From positions 24,180 to 88,179 of the forward strand of contig CAJOIC010000003.1 in NCBI GenBank assembly GCA_905234625.1: a DNA stretch of 64,000 bases. The letters are read 5' to 3'. The DNA is from an uncultured Oscillospiraceae bacterium. Its GTDB lineage: Bacteria; Bacillota; Clostridia; Oscillospirales; Oscillospiraceae. Of this stretch, positions 36,766 through 46,383 are shown one piece after another. The notes beneath the pieces are model-generated. The model was not told the DNA's origin, made no database searches, and saw only the letters and a list, made by a program, of their open reading frames with translations. The stretch's first letter is position 1. Each line of letters begins with the position of its first letter. The translations under genes and the position numbers were made by a program.

Positions 36766-38424
36766 ATGGCTCAAAAACTGAAAATCATGGCTCTTGGCGG
36801 TCTCAATGAGATCGGCAAGAACCTCTATGTTTACGAATACGGGAAGGATATCCTGGTCGTGGATTGCGGCATGGGCTTCCCGGATGAGGATATGTACGGG
36901 ATCGACGTGGTGATCCCGGATATCACCTACCTCATCGAGAATAAGGACCGTGTCCGGGGCATCGTTCTCACCCATGGCCACGAGGACCATATCGGCGCCA
37001 TGCCCTATGTCATGCGCAAGCTGGATTGCCCCGTGTACGCCACCCGGCTGACGGCGGGCCTCGTCCGCCTGAAGCTGGAGGAACACGGCCTTGCGGATAA
37101 AGTAAAGCTCATCACCCGCTCCGCGGGGGACGTGTTCAAGGTCGGACTGTTTCAGATCGAATTCGTCCATGTGAACCACTCCATTCCCGATAGTATTGCC
37201 GTGGCTATCAAAACGCCCATCGGCAACGTCATCCATACCGGTGACTTCAAGATCGATCTGACCCCCATCGAGGGCGGCGTGTTCGACTTCACCCGTTTTG
37301 CCGAGCTTGGGAAGGAGGGGGTCCTGGCGCTCCTGTCCGACTCCACCAATGTGGAGCGGACCGGTTATTCCGATTCTGAGCGGCATGTGGGCCAGAGCAT
37401 GGATAAGCTCTTCCAGGGCTGCGACAAGCGCATCATTGTCACCACGTTCGCCTCCAACGTCCATCGTATCCAGCAGATCATCGACTGTGCCGCCCGCTAT
37501 AAACGGAAGGTGGGCATCACCGGCCGCAGCATGGAGAACGTCATCAAGATGGCGGTGGAGGAGGGGTACATGAACATCCCCAAGGGCGTGCTGGTGGAGA
37601 TGAACAAGCTCAACTCGCTGCCCGTCTCCAAGACCGTCATCATCACCACCGGCAGCCAGGGGGAGAGCATGTCCGCCCTGTACCGGATGGCCTTTTCCGA
37701 GCACCGCCAGGTGAAGATCGGCGCGGGGGACCGGGTCATCATGTCCGCCTCAGCCATTCCCGGCAACGAGCGCCAGGTGACCAAGGTCATTGACGAGCTG
37801 TTCTATAAGGGCGTTGAGGTCATCTATGACCGCTCCATGGACATCCATGTCTCCGGCCACGCCTGCCAGCAGGAGCAGATGACCATGATGGCTCTGACGA
37901 AACCGCGCTTCTTCATCCCTGTCCACGGCGAGCACCGTATGCTGTGCCGCCACGCGGAGCTGGCCCAGGACATGGGTATCCCCGCCAGCAATGTGGTGGT
38001 GGCGGGGATCGGCGACGTCATCGAGGTCACACCCAAGACCATCAAGAAAAATGGGACGATTCCCTCCGGCCGGACCCTGGTGGACGGAGAGATCGAAGGC
38101 GGCGTCCAAAATATCGTCATGCGGGACCGCCAGCACCTGGCCCAGGACGGCATGATCGTCATCATCATGACCATGTCCTCCCAGGACGGCTCCATGATCT
38201 CCGACCCGGAGATCATCACCCGGGGCTTCGTGTATGTGAAGGACAATGCGGACCTGATGGAGGAGATGCTGCGTGTCGTGGAGGAGAGCATCGAGTCCTG
38301 CGAGCGCCAGCACATCACGGATTGGGCCGGCATCAAGGGCAAGGTGAAGACGAACCTCTCCGGCTATCTCTATAAGGCTACCCGCCGCAGCCCGATGATA
38401 CTTCCTGTCATCATGGAGGTCTGA
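36766..38424 (+). CDS. rnj: ribonuclease J
   Basis: 552 aa. Metallo-beta-lactamase motif HGHEDHIG, beta-CASP region and RNase J C-terminal domain. Confidence 0.92.
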   Translation: MAQKLKIMALGGLNEIGKNLYVYEYGKDILVVDCGMGFPDEDMYGIDVVIPDITYLIENKDRVRGIVLTHGHEDHIGAMPYVMRKLDCPVYATRLTAGLVRLKLEEHGLADKVKLITRSAGDVFKVGLFQIEFVHVNHSIPDSIAVAIKTPIGNVIHTGDFKIDLTPIEGGVFDFTRFAELGKEGVLALLSDSTNVERTGYSDSERHVGQSMDKLFQGCDKRIIVTTFASNVHRIQQIIDCAARYKRKVGITGRSMENVIKMAVEEGYMNIPKGVLVEMNKLNSLPVSKTVIITTGSQGESMSALYRMAFSEHRQVKIGAGDRVIMSASAIPGNERQVTKVIDELFYKGVEVIYDRSMDIHVSGHACQQEQMTMMALTKPRFFIPVHGEHRMLCRHAELAQDMGIPASNVVVAGIGDVIEVTPKTIKKNGTIPSGRTLVDGEIEGGVQNIVMRDRQHLAQDGMIVIIMTMSSQDGSMISDPEIITRGFVYVKDNADLMEEMLRVVEESIESCERQHITDWAGIKGKVKTNLSGYLYKATRRSPMILPVIMEV

Positions 38425-38425
38425 T

Positions 38426-38776
38426 ATGCTGTTCATATGCTATCCCAAATGCTCCACCTGCAAGAAGGCGGAGGCGTGGCTGGATGCCCACGGGATCACC
38501 CATGATACCCGCGACATCAAGCTCCAAAACCCCACGGAGGAGGAGCTCCGCCTTTGGCACGGGAGGAGCGGCCTGCCCCTGAAGCGGTTTTTCAATACCA
38601 GCGGCCTGCTGTATAAGGAGCTGGATCTCCGCCGCCGGCTGCCGGATATGACAGAGGACGAGATGTTCGCGCTTCTGGCGACGGATGGGATGCTGGTGAA
38701 GCGCCCCATCGTCGTGACAGATGATACCGTCCTTGTGGGCTTCCGGGAGGCGGAGTGGGAGGCCGCGCTTCTGTGA
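38426..38776 (+). CDS. ArsC/Spx-family thioredoxin-fold protein
   Basis: 116 aa. N-terminal CSTC (CxxC) motif in MLFICYPKCSTCKKAEAWLD, and KRPIVV near the C-terminus. Confidence 0.8.
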   Translation: MLFICYPKCSTCKKAEAWLDAHGITHDTRDIKLQNPTEEELRLWHGRSGLPLKRFFNTSGLLYKELDLRRRLPDMTEDEMFALLATDGMLVKRPIVVTDDTVLVGFREAEWEAALL

Positions 38777-38899
38777 GCGTTTCGGCTTTCGACGGAGAAA
38801 TGAACGATATTTTCCTTTTTCCGCTGAAAAACACTTGATTTGCACAGATATTTATGGTATATTCAATTTTGCGATTTTATGGAAAAGGATGAACCTGTC

Positions 38900-39127
38900 A
38901 TGACGATTGTTCTTACGATACTGCTCCTTCTTACCGAGATCTTCCTGACCGCCGTCGTGCTGCTCCAGAGCGGCAAGCGCTCCGGTCTTTCCGGCGCCAT
39001 CAGCGGCGCTGCGGATACCTTTATGTCCAAGTCCAAGGCCAAGACCTGGGACGCGAAGCTCGCCAAGATGACCAAGTGGGTCGCCCTGGCTTTCGTTCTG
39101 CTGACCCTGGTCCTGAACCTGGTGTGA
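38900..39127 (+). CDS. secG: preprotein translocase subunit SecG
   Basis: 75 aa with two transmembrane helices and the LLQSGK motif. Start at MTIVLTILLLL. Confidence 0.8.
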   Translation: MTIVLTILLLLTEIFLTAVVLLQSGKRSGLSGAISGAADTFMSKSKAKTWDAKLAKMTKWVALAFVLLTLVLNLV

Positions 39128-39144
39128 GCTTTCTCTGACCTTTC

Positions 39145-39174
39145 ATGCGCCGCTGGTTTCAGCGGCGCATTTTT
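39145..39174 (+). terminator. intrinsic terminator after secG
   Basis: Stem atgcgccgctg / cagcggcgcat with a gttt loop, followed by tttt. Confidence 0.8.
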
Positions 39175-39185
39175 GCGAAAAAACA

Positions 39186-39216
39186 GCCGCCGCGAAGCAT
39201 CGTGCCTCACGGCGGC
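39186..39216. terminator. hairpin downstream of the minus-strand ArsC-family gene
   Basis: Stem gccgccg / cggcggc with a 17-nt loop and T-runs on both strands. Confidence 0.45.
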
Positions 39217-39232
39217 GTTTTGTTTCCGCGGT

Positions 39233-39550
39233 TCATTCCCAGGTCTTCCAGATGTCCGGACAGTAGCCCACGGTGGCCTGCTTCCCGTTTCTGACGATAG
39301 GGGTCTTTAGAAGCTCCGGGTAGTCGAACAGCTTGTCCAGCTTGTCGCTGTCGTAAGCCAGGTATGTGATTTCCGGATCGTCGCTGAGAGCTTCGACGCC
39401 CACGGCGTTTTTAACGCTGCCCAGCTCACCCCGGCTCATCCCGTAGCGGAGGATGTCCACAAACTGGTATTTGATGCGGCGTTCCTTGAAATAGCGCTCC
39501 GCCTTTTTCGTGTCGAAGCACTTGCTTTTTCCGAAGATCTGAATATTCAT
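39233..39550 (-). CDS. ArsC-family protein (single N-terminal Cys)
   Basis: 105 aa starting MNIQIFGKSKCFDTKKAERYFKERRIKYQFVDI, with PIVRNGK near the C-terminus. Confidence 0.75.
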   Translation of the reverse strand: MNIQIFGKSKCFDTKKAERYFKERRIKYQFVDILRYGMSRGELGSVKNAVGVEALSDDPEITYLAYDSDKLDKLFDYPELLKTPIVRNGKQATVGYCPDIWKTWE

Positions 39551-39614
39551 AATGATACCTTTGAAAAACGCAGAGAGCGGGAAGCTCTCTGCGTTTTTTG
39601 ATTAGTCGGGGTTA

Positions 39615-40619
39615 TCAGAACTCGCCCTTGCCGATATAATCCTGGACGTTGTCCTTGTCGATGAAGGTCAGCGGCGTATAGTGATAATACTCGGTGGAGC
39701 CGGTGGAGAGGTACTCGATGATGGCGTTCACGGTCTCCTCGGCGATATCGCCGGCGCGGTTCATGACGGTGAGCTCCATCTTGCCGTCGGCGACAGCCTG
39801 AATGGCGTCGTTCTGGCCGGTGAGGGAGTAGACCTTGATGGAGCCGGTGAGGCCGGCCTCGTCGATGGCGGCCACGGCACCCATGGTCAAGTCGTCGTCA
39901 TAGCCCATCACGATGTCGATGGTGTCGCCCTCGGCGGTGATGTGGTTCTCCATGAAGGTCTTGGCGTCGGTGCGGGAGGAGTAAGCGTAGTCGGCCTCGA
40001 GAACGTTGTAGTTGGTTTCGGTCATGGCGCGGGCGAAGCCGGCCTCACGCTGGATGTAGTCGTCCAGGAAGGGAACGCCGGAGATCTGCACGACCTTCAT
40101 GCCGCTGTCGGCGCCGTTGGCCTCGATGATGTACTGGGCGATGTCATAGCACATCTGCTCCTGGTCGGGGCCTACGCAGGCCTTGACATACTGACGGCCC
40201 GGCTCGGCCACATCAAGAGCGCACATGAACATGGGGACGCCGGCCTCGTCAGCGGCCTTGGCGATCTCTGCGTTGGCGTTGGGGTCGCCGCCGAAGATGG
40301 CGAGAGCGTCAACACCGGCGTCGATCATCTGCTGGCAGTACTCGGCGATCTTGGCCACGTCGGTCTGAGCGTCGAGAACGCGGACAGTAGCGCCCTTTTC
40401 CTTGGCGATGCGCTCGAACTCGGTGCCCACCAGGCCGCCCCAGGGAGCGGTGGAGGTGATGGTGACATAGCCGATGGTCTTGCCGGAGAGGTCGGAGCCG
40501 CCGCTCTCGGCAGCGGAGCTGCCGGAGGAAGAGGAACCACCGCAGGAGGCGAGAGCCAGCATCATAGCGACAGCCATGACGAGGGCAAGGATCTTCGTGA
40601 GTTTTTTCATCTTTTGCAT
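39615..40619 (-). CDS. sugar ABC transporter substrate-binding lipoprotein (RbsB-like)
   Basis: Lipoprotein signal (LALASCGG) followed by a periplasmic binding protein type-I fold. Confidence 0.88.
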   Translation of the reverse strand: MQKMKKLTKILALVMAVAMMLALASCGGSSSSGSSAAESGGSDLSGKTIGYVTITSTAPWGGLVGTEFERIAKEKGATVRVLDAQTDVAKIAEYCQQMIDAGVDALAIFGGDPNANAEIAKAADEAGVPMFMCALDVAEPGRQYVKACVGPDQEQMCYDIAQYIIEANGADSGMKVVQISGVPFLDDYIQREAGFARAMTETNYNVLEADYAYSSRTDAKTFMENHITAEGDTIDIVMGYDDDLTMGAVAAIDEAGLTGSIKVYSLTGQNDAIQAVADGKMELTVMNRAGDIAEETVNAIIEYLSTGSTEYYHYTPLTFIDKDNVQDYIGKGEF

Positions 40620-40668
40620 CCTTTCAAATTTGAATGATATATGATACCCAAAGGGGGATCAACGGGGA

Positions 40669-41655
40669 TTATTCGGCTTCCTTCGTGCTGGTGAAACGGT
40701 CGATAACAAGGACCACGATCAGAAGGATGCCGGTGATGAGGTTCACCATGTCGGTGCTGAGGAACAGCACACTCATCATAGTGGAGATGGCGCGCATGAT
40801 GAGAACGCCCAGGAGGATGTGGATCGCGGTGCCCTTGCCGCCTGCCATCTTGATGCCGCCGATGACGCAGCATGAGATGGGGAAGGTGGACAGAGCGTTG
40901 CCCTGGGTGTAGATGGCATAGCCGTCAAAGGAGACCATCAGGAAGCCGCAGAGCGCTGCGAAAAGACCGCAGATCACATAGGCAAGAAGGACGGTCTTGG
41001 AGACGGAGATGCCGGAGAAGGCGGCCGCCTCGGGGTTATCGCCCACGATGTAAAGGTTATTGCCGAAGCGGGTCTTATGCATCCAGAATGCTACGACGCC
41101 GATCAGTACGAAAAACAGAATGACGGAGGGCGTCAGCCAGCGCAGACCGAACAGCTGTGTCTTGGCGAAGACCTTGACGATGTCTGGCGACGTCGGGGCG
41201 TAGGAGGCTTTTGCGAAATAGAAGGCCAGACCTTTGAAGATGTAGTTCGTGGCGATGGTCGCGATGAGGGGAGATACGCCGACCTTCGCGATAACGAAGC
41301 CGTTGATAAAGCCCAGCAGCGCACCGCAGGCGAAAGCGGCGAAGATTCCTACCACCAGCGCTAGAGCGGCGCTGCCCGTGGCGGCGTATACTGCGTTGAA
41401 GGCGATGACCACCGCGATGCCGCATACGCCGGCGATAAAGCCCACGGAGAGGTCGATGTTTCCCGTGATCATCACGATGCCGAGTCCGATGCACACGGCG
41501 CCGTAAATGCTGGAGTACACCAGGACGTTATAGAAACCGTTGGTGTAACCGTCTACGAATAGGAAGCATATCGCCAGCAGAGCCACGAGGATCAGGACGG
41601 AGTTGTTGTCCTTGATCATTCGGGTCATCTGTCTTTTGCGATTGGTCTCGATCAT
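40669..41655 (-). CDS. sugar ABC transporter permease (RbsC/AraH type)
   Basis: Polytopic membrane protein. Its ATG overlaps the upstream permease stop (ATGA at 41652-41655). Confidence 0.85.
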   Translation of the reverse strand: MIETNRKRQMTRMIKDNNSVLILVALLAICFLFVDGYTNGFYNVLVYSSIYGAVCIGLGIVMITGNIDLSVGFIAGVCGIAVVIAFNAVYAATGSAALALVVGIFAAFACGALLGFINGFVIAKVGVSPLIATIATNYIFKGLAFYFAKASYAPTSPDIVKVFAKTQLFGLRWLTPSVILFFVLIGVVAFWMHKTRFGNNLYIVGDNPEAAAFSGISVSKTVLLAYVICGLFAALCGFLMVSFDGYAIYTQGNALSTFPISCCVIGGIKMAGGKGTAIHILLGVLIMRAISTMMSVLFLSTDMVNLITGILLIVVLVIDRFTSTKEAE

Positions 41656-42656
41656 TTCTTTTTCCACAGTCTGACCCCCTTTTCTTTCAGTACGTCCATC
41701 GAAAGAGCGGCAACCATGATAGCACCCATGATGACCCACTGGAGGTAGATGGACAGGTTGAGCTGTGTGAAGCCGGCGGAGAGAACGCCGTAGAACATCA
41801 CGCCGATGATGGTGCCCCAGACGGAGCCCTTACCGCCGGTGACGGACACGCCGCCCAGCACGACACAGAGGATGATCTCCATCTCCTTGCCGCTGGCGTT
41901 CTGAGGGTTGGAGCTGAGGGCGTTCGCCATCATGACCGCGGCGGCCAGACCGCAGCAGGCTCCGGTGATGACGTAGCTGATGCAGATGTTCCGCTTGGAC
42001 TTGATGCCCGAGAACCGGGCGGCAACGGGGTTCGAGCCGATGGAGTAGAGCTGTTGGCCGAACACCGTACGGGAAAGCAGAAGACCCAGGACCACGGCCA
42101 CGATCACAAGCCAGATGATCAGGATGTGGATGGGACCGAGGGCGGCTGTGCCCATGAACTGGAAGAAGGGGGAGCAATCGTTGGGGATGACCAGCACGGT
42201 ACCGGCGGAGATCTTCAGGGCGAGGGCGGTGAAGATGGAGCTGGTGCCCAGGGTGGTGATGAAGGAGTTGAGCTTGACGTGGCTAACGAGAACGCCGTTC
42301 AGAAGTCCGCAGACAGCGCCGATGGCGATGGTACCGAAGAAGCCGAGAAAGCCGTTGTCGGTGGACATCATGAACTTGGCGCAGACGCAGCAGAGCATGG
42401 TCAGCATGCTGCCTACGGAAAGATCGATGTTTCCCGTGATCATCACCAGTGTCAGACCGAAGGCGATGATGCCGATGTAAGCCTGCTGGCGCAGGATGCC
42501 CAGGAGGTTGCCGGGGGTCATGAAGACGAGGCCCGAGGTGGTCTTCGTCAGCTGCATCACGATCTCAAACAGGATGATGATGACGACCATCGCAACAAAC
42601 ATGGAGGCGCCGTTCAGGGTCAGGAATTTTTTCCAGCCTTCTTTCAGCTTGCTCAT
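41652..42656 (-). CDS. sugar ABC transporter permease (RbsC/AraH type)
   Basis: Polytopic membrane protein. Its ATG overlaps the ATPase stop (ATGA at 42653-42656). Confidence 0.85.
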   Translation of the reverse strand: MSKLKEGWKKFLTLNGASMFVAMVVIIILFEIVMQLTKTTSGLVFMTPGNLLGILRQQAYIGIIAFGLTLVMITGNIDLSVGSMLTMLCCVCAKFMMSTDNGFLGFFGTIAIGAVCGLLNGVLVSHVKLNSFITTLGTSSIFTALALKISAGTVLVIPNDCSPFFQFMGTAALGPIHILIIWLVIVAVVLGLLLSRTVFGQQLYSIGSNPVAARFSGIKSKRNICISYVITGACCGLAAAVMMANALSSNPQNASGKEMEIILCVVLGGVSVTGGKGSVWGTIIGVMFYGVLSAGFTQLNLSIYLQWVIMGAIMVAALSMDVLKEKGVRLWKKK

Positions 42657-44179
42657 GCCTTGTCGCCTCCTTCCCATTTATATTCCGCGTGACCGAGGGC
42701 GGCGGCCAGGACCGTCTCCGGCTCCAGACCCTCGACCTGGTAGTCGGCGGTCTTTTTGCCTTCGCAGATGGTGATGACGCGGTCGCAGGTGCCCAGGATC
42801 TCCTCGATCTCGGAGGAGACGACGATGACGGCCACGCCCTGCTTGGCAAGCTCCGTCAGCAGAGAGTAGATCTCCGCCTTGGAGCCCACGTCGATGCCGC
42901 GGGTAGGTTCGTCCACGATGAGGAGCTTCGGGTCCATCATGAGCCACTTGGCCACGACGACCTTCTGCTGGTTGCCGCCGGAGAGATTCCCCACGAGCTG
43001 CATGAGGGAGGGGGTCTTGATGCTGATGGCGTTTACGTAGTGATCGCCCAGCTGCTTCTGCTTCTTCCGGTCGATGACGCCGAGCTTCGAAATCTCCGGG
43101 AGCTTCACGAGGGTCATGTTCAGGAGAATGCTCAGCTTGAGCATGAGGCCCTCTTTCTTGCGGTCCTCTGTGCAGAAGCCGATGCCCGCGTCGATGGCGG
43201 CGCTGGGATTGTTGGGCTTGAGGGGCTTGCCGCAGATGGCCACGGAGCCCTCGGTGTATTTGTCCACGCCAAAGATGGCGCGCATGATCTCGGAGCGTCC
43301 CGCGCCTACAAGGCCGAAGAAGCCCACGGTCTCGCCCGCGCGAACGTCGAAGGAGATATCCTCGAAAACGCCGGGGGAGGTGAGATTCTTTACCTCCAGG
43401 ACCGTGTCGCCGAAGGGGATGTCCTGCTTGTCATACATGGTGTCCAGCGCACGGCCCAGCATGTTGGTGATGAGGCTCTCCTGGGTGGCGTCTGCGGTGT
43501 TCATGGTGATGACGTTCTGACCGTCGCGGATGACCGTGATGCGGTCGGAAAGCTGCATGACCTCGTCCAGTTTGTGGCTTATGTAGATGATGGCGATGCC
43601 CCGCTCCTGGAGGATGCCGATGATCTTGAAAAGGGTCTCGGTCTCAGCCTCGGACAGGGAGGACGTAGGCTCGTCCATGATGATGCAGCGGGCGTTTCTC
43701 GTGAGTGCGCGGCCGATCTCGATCATTTGCTGCTGACCGACGGACAGGTCGCCCGCAATGGTCTTGGGGGAAATTTCCATGCCCAGCTGGCTGAGGATGT
43801 CAGCCGCGTCGTGGTAGAGCTTTTTGTGATCGATGAGTTTGCCCTTCATGGGGAGGTTGCCGATATAGAGGTTCTTGGCAACATCAAGCTGCGGGGCGAT
43901 GGAGAGCTCCTGATAGACGCAGGAAACTCCCAGGGCGATGCCCTCCTGTGTAGAGCTGATATGTACGGGCTTGCCGTCGATGAAATACTCGCCGCCGTCC
44001 GCCTGATGGGCGCCGGTCATGACCTTGATGAGGGTCGATTTTCCCGCGCCGTTCTCGCCGCAGAGTGAGTGGACCTCACCGGGAAAGAGGGTGAAGCACA
44101 CCTCCGACAGCGCCTTGACGCCTGGGAAGACTTTGGTGATGTTTTTCAGTTCGATCAATGGCACGCGTTCTTCCGTCAT
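42653..44179 (-). CDS. sugar ABC transporter ATP-binding protein (duplicated ATPase, RbsA/MglA type)
   Basis: Two nucleotide-binding domains (GENGAGKST, then a second LSGGNQQKVVVAKWL). GGAGGTG lies 5 nt upstream of the ATG at 44179. Confidence 0.9.
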   Translation of the reverse strand: MTEERVPLIELKNITKVFPGVKALSEVCFTLFPGEVHSLCGENGAGKSTLIKVMTGAHQADGGEYFIDGKPVHISSTQEGIALGVSCVYQELSIAPQLDVAKNLYIGNLPMKGKLIDHKKLYHDAADILSQLGMEISPKTIAGDLSVGQQQMIEIGRALTRNARCIIMDEPTSSLSEAETETLFKIIGILQERGIAIIYISHKLDEVMQLSDRITVIRDGQNVITMNTADATQESLITNMLGRALDTMYDKQDIPFGDTVLEVKNLTSPGVFEDISFDVRAGETVGFFGLVGAGRSEIMRAIFGVDKYTEGSVAICGKPLKPNNPSAAIDAGIGFCTEDRKKEGLMLKLSILLNMTLVKLPEISKLGVIDRKKQKQLGDHYVNAISIKTPSLMQLVGNLSGGNQQKVVVAKWLMMDPKLLIVDEPTRGIDVGSKAEIYSLLTELAKQGVAVIVVSSEIEEILGTCDRVITICEGKKTADYQVEGLEPETVLAAALGHAEYKWEGGDKA

Positions 44180-44323
44180 TCGCTCACCTCCTGTTTGCAT
44201 ACAGATTTGACAATATTATATCATCGTAAAGATAATATTTCAACAAAGATTCGGCGTACTGAGGGACTGTTTTTTGGAAATCTTTGAAGGGTCGACACAC
44301 GGACGGCTTGAGATGGAGATCGG

Positions 44324-44848
44324 TCACACGGTTTCAAGGCCCGTAACCGGCAGAACAACGACGGTGCGTCCCTGTTTTTCCGCGTAGCGCACGGTATTCC
44401 ATGTCCCGCCGTGCTTTCCGTCGTAGACCGCGATCAGGAGGGAGGACCTGTCCACCATATACCGGTTCCTGTGCATCATGCAGTCCGATGTTTTCTCCTC
44501 ATGCAGCATGGTGACGGTATCGCAGGCGTCTCTCAGCCGGGCGTAGCGCTCCCGCTGCGCCTTGGGAAAACGCGCCTCCTGGCCGGGGAAGGGGATCGCG
44601 GCCTCCAGGGTGATATCCGGGTGGTCTGTGCGCAGCGCCGCTACGGCCTCGCCGAAGTAAGTGTCGATCCCGGTGGCCATGCCGCATATGAAATGCCGGT
44701 ATCCGGCGGCGTATGCCTCTGTCAGCAGGTCATCGATGACGGCTTTCAGGATACGGCAGTCCGGATCGTCCTCGTTATATCGCCATGGCAGCTTCACGGC
44801 TCTGTGACCGGTGAAGCAGCAGGTGTTTTCCAGCGTTATTTCGTTCAT
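44324..44848 (-). CDS. DUF1273/SLOG-family protein (YpsA-like)
   Basis: 174 aa with CCFTGHR, the Rossmann-like segment FICGMATGIDTYFGEAV, and LLIAVYDG. Confidence 0.7.
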   Translation of the reverse strand: MNEITLENTCCFTGHRAVKLPWRYNEDDPDCRILKAVIDDLLTEAYAAGYRHFICGMATGIDTYFGEAVAALRTDHPDITLEAAIPFPGQEARFPKAQRERYARLRDACDTVTMLHEEKTSDCMMHRNRYMVDRSSLLIAVYDGKHGGTWNTVRYAEKQGRTVVVLPVTGLETV

Positions 44849-44906
44849 GCCACGATTATAACATGGTTTTTCGGAAAAGAAAGGGCATAAATTAGGATCG
44901 CAGGGG

Positions 44907-44934
44907 TTGCAATAGGCGTGGATTGTGTTATAAT
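44907..44934 (+). promoter_or_regulatory. sigma-A promoter of the FMN riboswitch-ribU unit
   Basis: TTGCAA, 16 nt, TATAAT, with an extended -10 TGT. Confidence 0.6.
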
Positions 44935-44937
44935 GTG

Positions 44938-45111
44938 TACGTCTTCAGGGCGGGGTGAAAGTCCCCACCGGCGGTATAGCCCGCGAGCGCGAGAGCGTTG
45001 AGCCGTTGAAACTACGGCGCCGACAGTTACAGTCTGGATGGAAGAGGACGACGAGGCCTTGTCTTCGTCCGATCTTTTGTGTGCCCGGAAGTGATTCCGG
45101 GTCATTTTTTT
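44938..45111 (+). promoter_or_regulatory. FMN riboswitch (RFN element) with terminator expression platform
   Basis: Conserved RFN core present: CTTCAGGGCGGGGTGAAAGTCCCCACCGGCGGTA...AGCCCGCGAGC...GCCGACAGTTACAGTCTGGATGGAAGAGGA. It is followed by cccggaa-gtga-ttccggg and ttttttt. Confidence 0.9.
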
Positions 45112-45140
45112 GCCCAAATCTACAAGACATCGGAGGAACC

Positions 45141-45809
45141 ATGAAAAACCCCGGCACCGGGCGCGTCAGCGCCAAAACCGTCGCCACCATAGGCATGCTC
45201 TGCGCCATCGCCTTTGTGGCCAAGCTCATCTCCAACGTCTTCCCGACGGTTGCGGGCTTTTTGTCCTTTGACCTGAAGGACGTGGTCATCGTCATCGGCG
45301 GCTTCATGATGGGACCCATGACGGCGGCGATCATCTCCATCGTCGTCTCGGTCATCGAGATGCTCACCGTCAGCAGCACCGGCGTCATCGGTCTTCTTAT
45401 GAACGTCCTGGCGTCCTGTGCCTTCGCCTGCGTGGCGGCCATCATCTATCACCGGGACCACAGTATGAAGGGCGCGGTCATCGCCCTGATCGCCGGCGTC
45501 CTGTGTATGACGGCTGTCATGCTGCTCTGGAACTGGCTCATAACGCCCCTGTATATGCATGTGGACCGGGCGGTGGTGGTGAGTATGCTGATCCCCACGT
45601 TCCTGCCCTTCAACCTCGTAAAGGGCGGCATCAACGCCACTTTGGCCATGCTGCTGTACAAGCCCATCGTCACGGCGCTGCGCAAGGCGCATCTCGTGGA
45701 GGAGAGCGCCGGCGGCAAGCGCACCACCAAGTGGGGCGTCGTGGGCGTATCCGCGGTGCTGCTGGCGACCTTTGTGCTCCTGGCGCTGGTCCTGGCGCAC
45801 GTCATCTGA
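45141..45809 (+). CDS. ribU: ECF-type riboflavin transporter S component
   Basis: 222-aa multi-pass membrane protein directly downstream of the FMN riboswitch. GGAGGA precedes the ATG at 45141. Confidence 0.8.
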   Translation: MKNPGTGRVSAKTVATIGMLCAIAFVAKLISNVFPTVAGFLSFDLKDVVIVIGGFMMGPMTAAIISIVVSVIEMLTVSSTGVIGLLMNVLASCAFACVAAIIYHRDHSMKGAVIALIAGVLCMTAVMLLWNWLITPLYMHVDRAVVVSMLIPTFLPFNLVKGGINATLAMLLYKPIVTALRKAHLVEESAGGKRTTKWGVVGVSAVLLATFVLLALVLAHVI

Positions 45810-45953
45810 TAAAGACGCAGGCTCCCGTCCGGTCCATAAACGGTCCGGGCGGGAGTATTTGCGTCAAAAAATGCAAATTTTTCCTCCGTGAAAGAATCGT
45901 GCTCGATCGGGTCATACTATGGCCGTAACTTTCAAACAATCGGAGGCAGAAGG

Positions 45954-46340
45954 ATGAGATCCATAATTTCGACCCTGTTGACGGCAGTCATGCTGCTGTC
46001 GGCGCTGACGGCCTGCGGCCGTGCGAATACCAACACCCAGGTGGCGGAAGGGCGGACAGGCACCACCGTAACAGCGACCCCCGGAGCCACCGCCACACCC
46101 AAGCCCATCGACACCGGCGAGGACAACCGGAACGATAACATGGGCAATGCCGTCGGAAACGCCGTGAATGACGCCGGCGAGGCCGTGGGCGATGTGGTCG
46201 GCGGTGTGGGCAACGCCGTTGACAGCGCTGTGGAAGGTGTGGGCGACGCCGTGAACGATATGACGAACGGCGCCCGGGACGCGATGAACGGACGCGACGA
46301 TAACGCTGCCGCCACGCCCCGACCGGCAACCAAGCCGTAA
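45954..46340 (+). CDS. small lipoprotein with Gly/Ala/Val/Asp/Asn periodic repeats
   Basis: MRSIISTLLTAVMLLSALTACG lipobox. Then about seven 7-residue units (GNAVGNA VNDAGEA VGDVVGG VGNAVDS AVEGVGD AVNDMTN GARDAMN). Confidence 0.6.
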   Translation: MRSIISTLLTAVMLLSALTACGRANTNTQVAEGRTGTTVTATPGATATPKPIDTGEDNRNDNMGNAVGNAVNDAGEAVGDVVGGVGNAVDSAVEGVGDAVNDMTNGARDAMNGRDDNAAATPRPATKP

Positions 46341-46349
46341 AAACGAAGA

Positions 46350-46376
46350 TCGGAGCGGTCCTCGGGACCGCTCCGA
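46350..46376. terminator. bidirectional terminator between the lipoprotein gene and dapA
   Basis: 12-bp stem tcggagcggtcc / ggaccgctccga. Confidence 0.7.
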
Positions 46377-46383
46377 CTGTTGT

